Source of the DNA: Elsinoe ampelina
Lineage: Eukaryota
DNA length: 64,000 bases
Direction: 5' to 3'
Assembly (NCBI GenBank): GCA_010093995.1
Contig: ML992501.1
Span: 2,545,320-2,609,319 of the forward strand
Made by a program: the position numbers and the translations under genes. Positions 37,306 through 48,905 of this stretch are shown piece after piece. Position 1 is the stretch's first letter. Each line of letters opens with the position of its first letter. A model generated the notes under the pieces. It had not been told where the DNA came from and searched no databases. It saw nothing but the letters and a program-made list of their open reading frames with translations.

Positions 37306-38485
37306 TACCAGAGGTGTGACTCCCATGCATTTTCGACGGGAGAGAATCAAATGCTCGATCGTCGCTGACGAGGGTGATACCTTCTGATCGTTTCAGACCA
37401 CCATTCATCTTGGCCATGAGGGGAGAATAATTGTTGGTTGTGGATAGAAACGAGTCGTTGACTGTATCAGGCACAGGGCGAGTGGTTCGCGCTGGCTTGA
37501 AGACGCAGAGAAACTCCTTTGCGTACCAAGCTGCTCTCATGGCAGCCCATGGTTGCCAGATCTTATTCTTGTGTGAGTCTGCGTAGTCGCAAATACCCCG
37601 GATCACCAGGTAATTGGACTCAAACGCATTCGCGATTCCGACTGCCTCCATCTCGAAGCACAAGAGATCGTATTGCCTGGCAATGTTATCCCTGACCACA
37701 GCGTCCTTCACCACTTGGTCACCGGACCCAATATTGCCATAGAAGATGAAGGGCCTGCTCGAAACTCTGGGCATGCGCTCCACGATGAAGCGCTTGTCGC
37801 AATGGTGGCATGACGGATACTCGTTGGGGTGGACGTACTCCGGCGAGAACAGAATGTCCAGTTGTGGATCTGGGGCTTTGCAGCCAGCTGGTTCGAGGTG
37901 CGGCTGTCTCTTTCGAAGCCCGGAAATGTGCTCATTCAGGACGTTGTCTTCTGCAGTATGTTTGCCTTGCACCTGTTGAAGGCAGTGTAGTATGATCCGA
38001 TTTGGCCGATTCAGCGATCCTCGCCGCACAAAGCCGCCCGCCCCTGCCTTACCCGCGTCCCACTCGACCAGACCTGGATGAGATCCTTCGGGCTGACTGA
38101 CAACAATGTCCCCGAGTCTGATGTCGTGTTTGCGGCTTGGCACGCCTCCACCCACGCCGACCATAAGAACGATCTCGACGGCCGGGAAGCTATGGCGCAT
38201 GTTATTTGCGATGCGGGTAGATTCTACCTTTCCGATGACACCAGCCGGCAAGCAGGTCACGACCACATCATGGCCTGACATGGTCCCGAAGCGGTAGAAG
38301 TTGTCATCACTTGGGAGTCCCGGTAGTTCGAGATGTGTCGAATCCAGCATCGCAGTCACAGCGGCCTCCTCCACACCTAAGGCGCAGACAATTCCCACCC
38401 GATAGTCATCGCGGCGTCTCTCCTTTACGTCAGATTTTTCGTCGTCGACCCGGTTCAACGCCGACATTGTGGCACTGCGTTTCAA
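37130..38485 (-). CDS. PNP_UDP_1 (nucleoside phosphorylase) effector domain (5' part of the same NLR-like gene)
   Basis: YRVGIVCALGVE, LMVGVGGGVP..DIRLGDIVVS, LCFEMEAVG, VIRGICDYADSHKNKIWQPWAA. Confidence 0.9.
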   Translation of the reverse strand: MKRSATMSALNRVDDEKSDVKERRRDDYRVGIVCALGVEEAAVTAMLDSTHLELPGLPSDDNFYRFGTMSGHDVVVTCLPAGVIGKVESTRIANNMRHSFPAVEIVLMVGVGGGVPSRKHDIRLGDIVVSQPEGSHPGLVEWDAGKAGAGGFVRRGSLNRPNRIILHCLQQVQGKHTAEDNVLNEHISGLRKRQPHLEPAGCKAPDPQLDILFSPEYVHPNEYPSCHHCDKRFIVERMPRVSSRPFIFYGNIGSGDQVVKDAVVRDNIARQYDLLCFEMEAVGIANAFESNYLVIRGICDYADSHKNKIWQPWAAMRAAWYAKEFLCVFKPARTTRPVPDTVNDSFLSTTNNYSPLMAKMNGGLKRSEGITLVSDDRAFDSLPSKMHGSHTSGRMSSTPLGRLRELDKRATPSGMTLQVTGSVLDQSVILQERQGKWCWGIFRQRPSLTCQ

Positions 38486-39067
38486 GAGGGGGACTCAGTA
38501 CTCAGCAGCAGCGAAGAAACACGCGAAGGCGAGCTCGTGACCCAGTCGAGAAGCATGATACTTCCAGAAGCAGTGGCCGGACCACACACTGCAGGGAGTT
38601 GTACCGTGGCAAGCATGTTGAGCCATCATGCCAGCGCTTCCGAAGTCCCGGCTGAAGGATAAAGCCAGCTGACTCGACGAGTCACGAAATGCCGCCAGCC
38701 TCGAGTCAGGCATGAAGGACACAAAGCGACTCACCAAAGCCTCATAGAAGCCATCATATATCATATGATAATGTAGACACACCAGATGTCTTCGAAGGTG
38801 TGGTGATTGATGGTGACAGACAGGAGAGTGAAGTGCAGATGGAAAAAGTCTATTGCGGACTGCACTTGTCCCTTTCGTTGGAACCGGCCCCTACAAGCCG
38901 CGAGACATCCGTTAAAACATGTGCCCGAGGGGACAGCACTCTCCGCAACCAGGCCCCGGAAGTTTTCCGTCTCCGCAATCGTCATTGGGAAAAAAGTTCA
39001 CAACAACTTTTCCCAAAATCCTACCTTGATCTGAGATACTGTTGAGCGGCCTCAGGACCTCCCTAGA

Positions 39068-41257
39068 ATGGCGCCAAAACCGCGTGCTAAAGGCGACGAT
39101 CGCTTTGCTGCGCTCTCTTCGGATCCGCGCTATCGCATCCCGAATAGCAAGAATGCCCGCGTCGCTGTGGACAAGCGCTTCAGCCGCATGTTCAAGGAAG
39201 GCGACAAGGACTTCAATAGGCAAGCCAGAGTGGACAAGTATGGTCGCCCGGTACAAAAGGAGAAGTCGAAGGAGTTGAGGGGACTGGAAAGGGTGTACCG
39301 CGCCGAAGACGAAGAGTCTGAGGAGGGGGATGAAGACGAGGAAGATAATGAGGAAGAGGAGAAGCTAGCGAGACGAAAGGGACGTGGGAGGGAGAAGAAG
39401 AGAGAGATCATGATAGAGGATGAGAGCGTGGACGAAGACGAGGAGGTGGAGGCTGAGCTGCAGAGGGTAGGAAGAGAGTACGATCCAGCTAGAGAGGGAG
39501 GATTCGAGTCTAGCTCGGAAGAAGAATCGAGTGACGAAGACGACGCGGTAGAGGCTGAATTACCCGAGGAAGGAGATGAGGAGGCACAGGTTCCCATGGG
39601 GGAGGTATCGAGAAGATTGGCGGTAGTGAATCTGGATTGGGACAACATTCGGGCGACAGACATTATGGCAGTTGCAGGCAGCTTTGCGCCGCCAGATGGG
39701 CGGATAAACAGCGTGGTGGTATATCCGAGCGAATTCGGCAAGGAGAGGCTAGAGAGGGAAGAGCTAGAGGGTCCACCGAAAGAGATCTTCGCCGCAAGCA
39801 AGAAGGCCGAGGACGGTGAGGACACCAGTGAAGAAGAGGACGACGAGGAGATCAAGGAAAAGCTGCAAAAGGGTGACACAGGGGAAGAATTCGACTCGGC
39901 AGCACTCAGACGGTATCAGCTGGACAGGTTACGATACTACTATGCGGTCATCACATGCTCGGACGAATCAACAGCAGAATCGATATACAAGGCACTTGAC
40001 GGACGAGAATATCTGAGCTCTGCGAACTTTTTCGACCTGCGCTTCATTCCGGACGAGGTCAGCTTCGATGACGACAAGCCACGAGAGGAATGTAGCGTCT
40101 TGCCCTCCGGCTACAAGCCCAACGAATTTGTCACGGAGGCCTTGACCCACAGTAAAGTCAAGCTGACCTGGGATGCCGACGATGCCACGCGGAAAGAAGC
40201 ACAGAAGCGGGCCTTCACCAGAGCAGAGATCGACGAGAACGATCTCAAAGCCTACATCGGCGGCGACAGCGACAGCGAAGAGGAACCCGCTGAAGAGCCT
40301 ACCGAAGGCGGCGAGCAGCTCAGTAAGAAAGAAGCCGAACGACAACGCATGCGCGCTCTCCTTGGCCTCAGCTCTTCCTCCGACAAGAAAGAGCCCAAAG
40401 AAAAGAAACCCCTCGGCGACATGCAAATCACCTTCACCAGCGGCCTCTCCACCGGCCGCGAAGGCCGCAACGGCGTCTTCGAGAACAGCCCACCCCGTGA
40501 CGAATCCACGCGCGAACGCTATATCCGCAAAGAGAAAGAGCGTAAAGCCAAGCGGCGCGAGCGTGCCAAAGCCAAACGCAGCGGCGAAGACGCCACGTCC
40601 GACAAAGCAGACACCTCGGGCTCCGAATCGGACGGCGACAGCGAAATCGTCGTCGTGGACAAAACCAATAACGACGACGACGAGAAAGACCCCTTCGACG
40701 ATCCCTTCTTCAACACCGAAGACGCCCCCAGCAAATCCAAGAAAGACAAGCAACGCAAAGAAGACCGCCTGAAGAAGCGCGAAGCGCGGGAGAAGCAACT
40801 CGCGAAAGAAGAAGCCCAACGACGAGAACTGGAATTGCTCATGGAAGACGGGAACGATGATAAGATCAAGCATTTCGACATGAAGGAGATTCAGAAAGCT
40901 GCCAAGGAGAAGAAGAAAGCGAAGGGAAAGAAAGATCGGAAAGGCAAGAAAGGCCGGGACGACGAGGGGGAGGCAGCGCAGGGAGCGGATGATGTGGTGG
41001 AGACGGCGGATCCGAGATTCGCGGGCTTGTTCGAGAGTCATGAGTATGCGATTGATCCGACGAATCCGCGGTTTCAGAAGACGGAGGGGATGCAGAAGTT
41101 GTTGGAGGAGGGGAGGAAGAGGAGGAGGGATGGGGGAGGGGAAGAGGCGGGAAGGGGGAAGAGGTCGAGGAAGGATGATGGGGAGGGTGATGGGGCTGAT
41201 GATACCCAGAAGTTGTTGGCCAGGGTCAAGGCGAAGAGTAAGAAGGCGGGGAGGTAA
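39068..41257 (+). CDS. ESF1: Pre-rRNA processing protein Esf1
   Basis: RLAVVNLDWDNIRA, VYPSEFGKER, YQLDRLRYYYAV, FFDLRFIPD, and C-terminal DPRFAGLFESHEYAIDPTNPRF (NUC153). Confidence 0.95.
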   Translation: MAPKPRAKGDDRFAALSSDPRYRIPNSKNARVAVDKRFSRMFKEGDKDFNRQARVDKYGRPVQKEKSKELRGLERVYRAEDEESEEGDEDEEDNEEEEKLARRKGRGREKKREIMIEDESVDEDEEVEAELQRVGREYDPAREGGFESSSEEESSDEDDAVEAELPEEGDEEAQVPMGEVSRRLAVVNLDWDNIRATDIMAVAGSFAPPDGRINSVVVYPSEFGKERLEREELEGPPKEIFAASKKAEDGEDTSEEEDDEEIKEKLQKGDTGEEFDSAALRRYQLDRLRYYYAVITCSDESTAESIYKALDGREYLSSANFFDLRFIPDEVSFDDDKPREECSVLPSGYKPNEFVTEALTHSKVKLTWDADDATRKEAQKRAFTRAEIDENDLKAYIGGDSDSEEEPAEEPTEGGEQLSKKEAERQRMRALLGLSSSSDKKEPKEKKPLGDMQITFTSGLSTGREGRNGVFENSPPRDESTRERYIRKEKERKAKRRERAKAKRSGEDATSDKADTSGSESDGDSEIVVVDKTNNDDDEKDPFDDPFFNTEDAPSKSKKDKQRKEDRLKKREAREKQLAKEEAQRRELELLMEDGNDDKIKHFDMKEIQKAAKEKKKAKGKKDRKGKKGRDDEGEAAQGADDVVETADPRFAGLFESHEYAIDPTNPRFQKTEGMQKLLEEGRKRRRDGGGEEAGRGKRSRKDDGEGDGADDTQKLLARVKAKSKKAGR

Positions 41258-41379
41258 GGGAATGGCAAAATGGGGTATCTTGATTGTACATGTATACTAG
41301 AAGCTGGTCGGAATGTACGGCTTGCTCTGGATGGTTTCGTGGTGTATCGTCTATGCGTGACTCGGTATGGGCATGAGAA

Positions 41380-42828
41380 TTAGAGGAAGTAGCTGGAAGC
41401 AGTTAGCGGGATCATTGAATGACGAAAGTCGTGAGACGTACTCTGCAGCTGGACGCTTAGCTGGCATTCCACGGCTGTCCTGCGGCGCGGCGTCGAAAAC
41501 TCTGTACCGCCGCCCTGGTCCTTGTCGAATCGTGACGACTTCGTCATCCCGCTCTGCCAGCCCCTTTGGTGGTTCTCTCGCCTTCCTCCTCGCCATTGGA
41601 TCTCCGTTCGAACGCGGGTGGAAACCTGCGTTGCTCCCATCCTCACTCAGCTCTAGGATTGCAGCAACATTGCCGCATCGGTAGCAGTAGTTGGGAGCGC
41701 TCCAGACTGTGACGATAGAACTATCGAACATTTCCTTGAAGCCTTCCATGACGAGCTGATGAGCACGAGCAACCAGATTAAGGTCGTTGCGATGGTTGAA
41801 TTTCTTGACAATCTCTGCGCCAAACAGATAACCGGCACCGCGAGGCGAAAGACCCCAGCCTTCGATATCGTCAGGATCTGACCACAGCAAATCGCACATG
41901 GGTCCTTCATGAGGCACCTCCTGTTTGCGATCGATGAGCCGTATCCGGTCTATTGTCTCGACCTGTGGCGATAGTCCGCCATGTACACACAGCACTGCAC
42001 CTGTGCTTGTGCCGTTGGAGCCACCGCTTGAACTTGTGGCGCCTGTGCCTGCAGGGCCCGTTTTTTGAGGTGTTACTTGCGAGCTCGGAGAAGATGACAG
42101 CGTAGAAGAGGGCGGATCTGAGCTCTTCCGTCGCTGTCTATGGATAAGCCGGTTGTCTGAATTTAGGACCTCGATCTCGGTCTCGCTCAGAGGCATGTCC
42201 ATGGGAGCACCTTGTTCACCGGGTGTGGGTGAGACTGGACGATCGTTGTCTAGTTCTGTAGAGGCGCCAGTGATTAGAGCGCCTAGCGCTAAGTAGTCAA
42301 AGACCTCGCAGCAATATCGCCAGACATTTGCAGAGCCGTATTTCCTCAGACATTCATCATAAAAGCCATATACTGTCGTGATTTGTCGTGACTCGTGGTT
42401 GCCACGAATAAGTGTAATTCGGTCTGGATAGCGGACCTTCAAACATAATAGAAGGAGGAATGATTCAAGACTGTAGAAGCCTCGGTCGACAAAATCGCCC
42501 ATGAAGAGGTAGTTGGTTTCGGGCACATCGCCACCGACTCGGAAAAGCTCCATGAGGTCGTGGAATTGGCCATGAATGTCGCCACATATCTGTGTCATGT
42601 CTCAGCTCTTGTGTGTAATCTTGAACAATTCTCTTACCGTTACAGGTGCATTTACACCCACAACGTTGCCCTCTTCGATCAATAGCTCTCGTGCTTTGTA
42701 GCACACTTCGCGAACTTGGTTCTCTGGGATCGGTCGACACGCGCGCAATTGTGCGATGGCCCTGCATTACTGGTCAGTATACATCGGCTGAATGGTCTAC
42801 TCTTCACGCACTTGTCGAGGTCGCTCAT
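41380..42828 (-). CDS. PPH3: Ser/Thr protein phosphatase 4 catalytic subunit (multi-exon)
   Basis: [19 protein letters not shown] start; [32 protein letters not shown]; last intron restores a C-terminal DYFL. Confidence 0.9.
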
Positions 42829-43729
42829 CTTGGCTGCCAGACAAATATATCACCCGCGCAGGTCTGTCGCACGAGACCCCAGTGAAGGAGGCTTGGGAGG
42901 CGGTCCAAGGATAGGAGGGTGCGTGGAGAAGATTGCGGGGCGGGAGCGACACCTAATATGAAGGGAACAGATCTCTACGGGCTTCACGTCGCACTTTGCC
43001 TTCAGAGAAGAGCCACAGTTGGATGTAACAGATTCGGCCACGGCCAAAGCTCCAGAATTTCCCCCAGACGTGACAATCCCGAGATCCGAGACCCACTCAG
43101 AAGCGGATGATCCCGTTAGGACGGTCGTGCATACGGTAGCTTCCGCCAAAACCGTCAAAACCATCAAAACACTCAAATCCCTAAATCATCAAAGTTTGGA
43201 GGCCTCTAACTCCCTCAATTCTGTCAATATTGATATACAATTAACAGTAAATTGATTAGATTAATCTATTCTATCATCCTCTAACTTTAAGCATTTTTTT
43301 TGAGCTAATTTTAGTACTAGTGTAATTAGTGCGTGTTATAGCGGCTAGGCGGCGAGGTGCTTGGCACTCCGCTAGCACTCCTACCTCTAACACCTTGATA
43401 TTGCCTACATCATGCAACTACGGCGGCGAATGCACTACGAATACTATTAGAATAGATCTCTATTGTCCTCTATTTAAGCTACTAAGAGTAAGGCTTAATC
43501 CGGTGGGTGTTTATTGTTCCTTGCCGCTTTTAGGTCTTTATATTGTCACTATTGTCACTATTGTCACTATTTAAACTAGCAACAATAATAGTAGCTTTAA
43601 TATATATAAGCTTATAGTTACTATATAGTTTAATTAGAACTCTACTATACTATTATAACCCTGTTAAATTCAATTAAATATTTACTATAGCTAACACTAC
43701 TAAAGCAACCTCTACTAAGTATGTATTAT

Positions 43730-44390
43730 AGCATGTTCGTAGCTAGTTCGCTACTAACTTTGCCTTCTAGAAGATACAATCTACAAGCGCTAGATGCTAT
43801 AATTAATAATAATCCCTATGCCTCCGATACCTCTAAGGAAACAACTAGTAACTCTAAGGCCGTATATGTCTTTATAGCTCCTTAGGCTAGTGTTCGCTAC
43901 TGATTCGTATAGCTACCCTATTATATACTTATACCGCTGCCCTAAGACTAAGAATCTAGCTAGATTTTAGTTTATCTCCGAGTTAAACTAGTTTAAGCTT
44001 ATTAACACCTACGAGACTAGTAGCAATAAGTATAGTAAGGACTTCGTAACGCTCCGTATATACGACGCTATCGGCTATATTATAGAGACAGACAAAGGCG
44101 GCATTAGCAAACGCGCCTACGAATAGTGTATAAAGGTAAACGAGCTATGTACTTACTTCCTTAATAAGCCGTCTAAGTTGTGTATATACTGCCGCCGCTA
44201 CTATCGCTAGGAGTACGCCCCTTAGCTTACGAAGGAGAAGCTAGAGGATTAGAAGCTAGTAACTACAGGCCGCATTAAGGAGCTTAAGTAGAGAGTAGAG
44301 GCGCTAGAGGATAATACGCTCGCTACTAAGGCTAAGCTATAGTAGCTAAGGGATAGAATTACGAAACTTGCGAATAGGCCTATAAACTAG
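43730..44390 (+). pseudogene. RIP-degraded ORF with Cys-cluster (Zn-binding-like) motif and coiled coil
   Basis: KRAYE*CIKVNELCTYFLNKPSKLCIYCRRYYR*EY -> KRACEQC.KVNELC.....PSKLC..CRR..RQEC, then RIKELK.RVEALEDNTLATKAKL..LRDRITKL. Confidence 0.45.
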
Positions 44391-44499
44391 TAGCGAACAT
44401 AATACCTATATATTCTCCTAGAGTTTATAGACTATAATTTTACCCCCTTTATATCGCCTCCTCTAGTCGATATTAAATCGTAACTATACGTACTACGAA

Positions 44500-44730
44500 T
44501 TGCTTAGCGAACTACTAGCGATCCTACTTACACTATCTACCTTGTACTATCTAACTTACACACCGCTATCTAACTCGTTACTGCCGTCTAGCTCGTACTA
44601 CTATCTAACTTATTACCGCTATCTAACTCGTATACTGCCGTCTAGCTCGTACTGCGAACTAGTCTACTACCTATTTAGCTTGCACCGTAAACTGTTCTAC
44701 TACTATCTAACTTACACTGTCTAATTCGTA
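44500..44730 (+). repeat. Degenerate tandem repeats (ctatctaact../actgccgtctagctcgtact) inside the element
   Basis: Recurrent ctatctaact and ctgccgtctagctcgtact units. Confidence 0.7.
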
Positions 44731-44999
44731 TACCTCTAACTAACACCTTTGCCTCTAACTCTACCCCTACTGCTACCCCTACCCCTACCCCCCCTCGTAT
44801 CCCCCCTCTCTACCCTACTACTCTAATAGTAAGGCGGTAGGATATAGTAGAGAGTACTTATACCCTCCGCTGCGTAGGGGGCTCTTACTCTCTCTCTCTT
44901 TCTCCTCTTCCTCTATAAAGAGGTTTTTTACTAGAAGAGAATTATTAGTAAGAAGAAGTATATATATAGGGTGTCAAACCACGCCTTACCCTTTTAGGT

Positions 45000-46600
45000 A
45001 AGCCTATAACTCTAGTATAGACTTGTAAGGCCTTTTAGCCTTATAGCTAGTATAACTACGGAGAGTATAGTTAGTTAGATTAACTATAGTCTTTTAACGC
45101 TTACTAGCCTTAACCGAGTAATTGCTTTATATTTGCTTATGTGTTCGAGGTTAATGTAATTGCTTAGGCTCGTTAACTTGCTCGTACTGTTCTTAATGCT
45201 CCTTAGAGGTTGCCTTAGTCTTAATCCTTTACTCTAATCCTATAGACAACTTAGCTTTAAAGAGAGAGCTATATAGTAAGTTTATTAGCCTACCGAGGGT
45301 CTCCTTACTTAGCACTATACGCTGTGGCTACTAAGGGGTGTTAAAAGGTAGTAGAGGCTTAGTAGTACTATCTAAGTTAAAGAGATTATCCTATATAGTT
45401 AATAACTTAACACTGCCGACTATGCTAGTCGATATACTTACAAGAAGGCTCCTAGTACAAAGCTAGAAGCGTAGAGTCTCTAGTGGTAGAGCTAGCACAG
45501 CAGTAGTAGGTGTAGCTAGTAAAGACTCTATAAGGTCGATAGTCTCCTTACTGTCGACAAGCTAGCTAGGCTACTTCTCCTTCCCCTTTGCCCTAGCTAC
45601 TAAAACTTGCTATGTACGCTCCTCGATTAAGGCCTTAATCTTATTATTAACTAACGAGGGTTCCGGCTTAATATTAACGTCGTTAGAAGTATTTAAAAAC
45701 GAGAAGTTAGTGTCCTCTATAAAAAGATTTTTATTCTATAAATTAGCCTTAATATTCGCTTTAGTGTTCGTAGCTAGAGATATTATTGTGTTTATATCGG
45801 CGTTTATAGCGTAACTCGGAGATTCTAACTCTCTCTATAGATACTCTATACGCTCCTACTATTCCTTCGACTTGTTATCCTTAGCTCGTTTAATTACGAC
45901 GTAAAGGAGATACTCGATAGTAGTACGCTTCGATTTCGGCTTGCGCGGGAGGCTAACTAACATCTTCTAGATGCTCGGCTACTAGAAGACGTTATCGGTA
46001 ATAGGCATAGCCTTATCGTCCTCTATTAGTGCGAAATAGCGCTTCGTAAAGCGTAGTATTACTATTTCTAGATCGCGGATAGCAGGATTAAGGCAGTGAC
46101 TATAGACTAAATTTAATAAGAAGAACGTTCTTTAGTAGTTACTCTCTAGTAATTCGGTATTAAACTTCGATAGCGTAATCTAGTCCGTCTACTTAGTTAG
46201 CTCTAGCTAAGAGATAATCTTTTTATAAGGTATGCTATACTTAAGCTTGTACTCTATCTCGATTATTAGGCCGTAGAGGTAAAGTCTAATCCTTTGCTCT
46301 TTATTAGCCTTTAGTCCTTTAGGAGTTTCTTCGTTAGGCAAATCGTTCGGCGAGTTCTTATATAAACGCTAAGAGACTAGCAAAGATCCTACATGTAGCA
46401 ATTGTGCTACTACGCCTTTAGCCTTTTTGCCCTTCTAGTATCTAGTACGCCTTACTATATCGGCTTTAGTCGAGAGACTACTATATACGGTTAGCGCCGG
46501 CGCTATAAATTACTTTATATTCGCCGCTGTAATTGCGAGTTAGTCTATATTAGCCTAAGATAGCGCGCGAGTTAAACCACTAGATAGTGCGCGAGATAAA
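45000..46600 (-). pseudogene. RIP-degraded ORF of unknown function (second ORF of the element)
   Basis: Protein-like frame over ~45850-46360 broken only by sparse TAG/TAA; no family recognised. Confidence 0.45.
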
Positions 46601-46949
46601 CTAGCCTATATAGGTTAGTACTAAGGCTCTTCTAGCGTTAATGCTATACTTACTTATTAATAGTTTAGATTAGTCTTATAGTAAATAGGACACTTAGCGA
46701 GGTGTCTATATTTAACTACGTAATTAGAGCCTTTATATTTGCAAAAAGGTGCCTAAGAAGGTAGTAGCATCTCGCTAGTAGTGACAAATAAATAATATAG
46801 TAGTAATAAGCAAAAACCGCAGAGAAAATAGAGTAGAAAAGCCCTAGTATATTAGAGAGGGGATTTAATATACATAAGTTAGATATTTATAGTATATTTA
46901 CTTAGCGTTTATAATTTGCTCGGCAACTTCTATACGCAATCGATAGCCT

Positions 46950-48560
46950 TAAGAATTATCTAGTTTTTAGCACTCTAATAGTAGAGAATAGCGCTACTAT
47001 TAATCGTGCTCGATTAGTGTATTACGAAGCATAAAATAAGCCCTCTAGTAGAGTCTAACACCGCAAGCATTAGTTGCTCGACTATTATAAGGCTAGAGGC
47101 CAGCAGCGGAGAGGATTAAGGTATAGAGATTAAGGGTATTAGAGGGTAGATATTACTCGTAATCTAGTGCTTAATTAGCTACAAATATCTATTAGCACTT
47201 GCACCTTACCGAATTCGCTAGTATACTAGTCTAAATTGTCGAATTAGTTAGGTAGTATAGCAATAGTATAGTCCTATACGCTAACTACCCCTAGATAATA
47301 ATATAGGAGCCTCGGCACCTCTATAATTGTATACGGTTGTCTTAGCTACTTCTAGATACAGTAATAGTTCTATTAATACACGAATTGCTACACCTCTATA
47401 CGAAGGATAGGCGTGTATATAGCTATAAGAGCGACTTAGTAAGCGATAAGATTACGCTTCTAGCGCTTTAACTTCTTTAGCTTAGTAAACTATCTTCGCT
47501 AGCGGTTCGTAGTACTCTTCGCAAGCTAGGCCTACTATAATTTAATACGCTAATTCTACTTACTTGTGCCGAATAAGAAGGCTTTATTCACCTCTAAAGG
47601 GAGACTACTTAGCTAACGCCGAGCGTCGAGATACACTTATAAGACTATTATAGTCTTGCCCCCTCTATCCGTATAGATCTCGAGGGGGATCTAGCTATAT
47701 AAGGCAGTAATAGTAGTGTACTACTTTACAATTAATATAGCCTTTCTTACTAAGAAGCCTATATAGGCCTAAATAATATAGTGTAAAAATTCGTTAATTG
47801 TGGTGTAAATCTTAATACTATACTCCTTAAGCTTATAATAGGCATCTATCGACTAGGTATAGTTTAGCTCTAGCACGTCTCGTACGCTGTAACTAGTAGG
47901 CCGCTAGTTACTACAAATCTAGAACGCTAAGGGATTAATTACAATTATAGCGCAGTAAAGGCGCTAACTAGGTTAGAGTTAGTAAACTAACTAGCGAACG
48001 CATTATAAACACGTATTACCTCCTAACAATCCTATGCTTCTGCCTTATATAGGTGTAAAGGTGGCCGAGACTCTAATTCTTAATATTACTAGTGTTATAT
48101 TTACTTTGTAGTAGCTACTATATTTACTTATACTTAACCTCGTTCTCTTCTTAATTAATCTAATAGATGAGGCCTAACTCTTTACGTAGGCGCTTTAGCG
48201 TCCCTAACGATATATTAAAGCCTTACTCTTTTAGTACCTCTAGTGTCTCTTACTAGCTAATACGTAGCTAAAATAGCTCCTTAATGCTATAGTAGAGGGC
48301 CTCGGAGTTGACTAGTACCTTAGGGTAGGTAGAGAGCTACTAGCCTTATAAGAGGCGCTAGAGCGTTCTAAGTAATAGAGTGTAACTATGCCTTAATAGC
48401 CTCTAGAGTACTTTAGGCTAATTATAGCACTTATGTAGCAACTAGTACTCGATAAGAGGCCTATCCACCTCGATTGTAGCGGATTGTAAAGCTATATCGA
48501 GTAGTGTAGTATATTAGGGAGTAATAGGAAGGAAGGTATAGAAAACCAGCGCACCTAGCT
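46950..48560 (-). pseudogene. RIP-inactivated integrase-core DDE transposase with N-terminal HTH-like region
   Basis: GFNISLGTLKRLRKELGL (~48170-48223); VPGPNYTWS.DAH.KLKEYGIEIYAAIDEFSRYIIW after de-RIP (~47770-47880); TDRGGKT -> TDRGGET (47652-47672); GTSKQNQRIESWW (~47533-47571). Confidence 0.85.
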
Positions 48561-48905
48561 TTTATACCGGCGCCAAGCCACAAAAAACTAAAGGTATACA
48601 ATAAGAGAATAATACTTACATCAAACGATAGAGCGTTATAAGAGCTGTCGATTGCAATAAGAATCATTGCAATAAGTGGTATAGGTAGTGCGCGGGGAGG
48701 TGGTGTAATAGCAAATGCTGGGTTTGAGCGTTTTGATGGTTTTGAGCGTTTTGACTGTTTTGACTGTTTTGGCGGAAGCTACCGTATGCATGACGGTGGT
48801 TAGTGCTCGCATAAGGCTGAGCTAAATTTGCCCTGGTCGGAAAAAGTCCGAAAGAGGAAATCTTTTTCTCTCCAACCAGTCTCCGTTCCACAAGCAAAAC
48901 CGAAC

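Larger units (their letters stand above)
43132..48786 (-). mobile_element. 5.65-kb TIR transposon with integrase-core DDE transposase (IS3EU-like), RIP-degraded
   Basis: TIR tacggtagcttccgccaaaac (43132-43152) is the exact reverse complement of 48766-48786, followed by ~9-bp caaaac.. subterminal repeats at both ends; TGCA directly flanks both ends. Confidence 0.85.

Noticed and set aside
39130..41041. Long antisense ORFs over ESF1 (and similar ones over PRP6, the SUN gene and the 4E-binding gene)
   Set aside because: Expected shadows of biased codon usage and low-complexity coding sequence; no domain motifs
41990..42270. Ser/Gly-rich insert in the PP4 catalytic domain as a novelty
   Set aside because: A low-complexity insertion at this position is, as I recall, usual in filamentous-ascomycete PP4 orthologues
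46950..48560. LTR retrotransposon integrase
   Set aside because: No RT/RNase H motifs or LTRs seen; the element has TIRs and a standalone integrase-core layout
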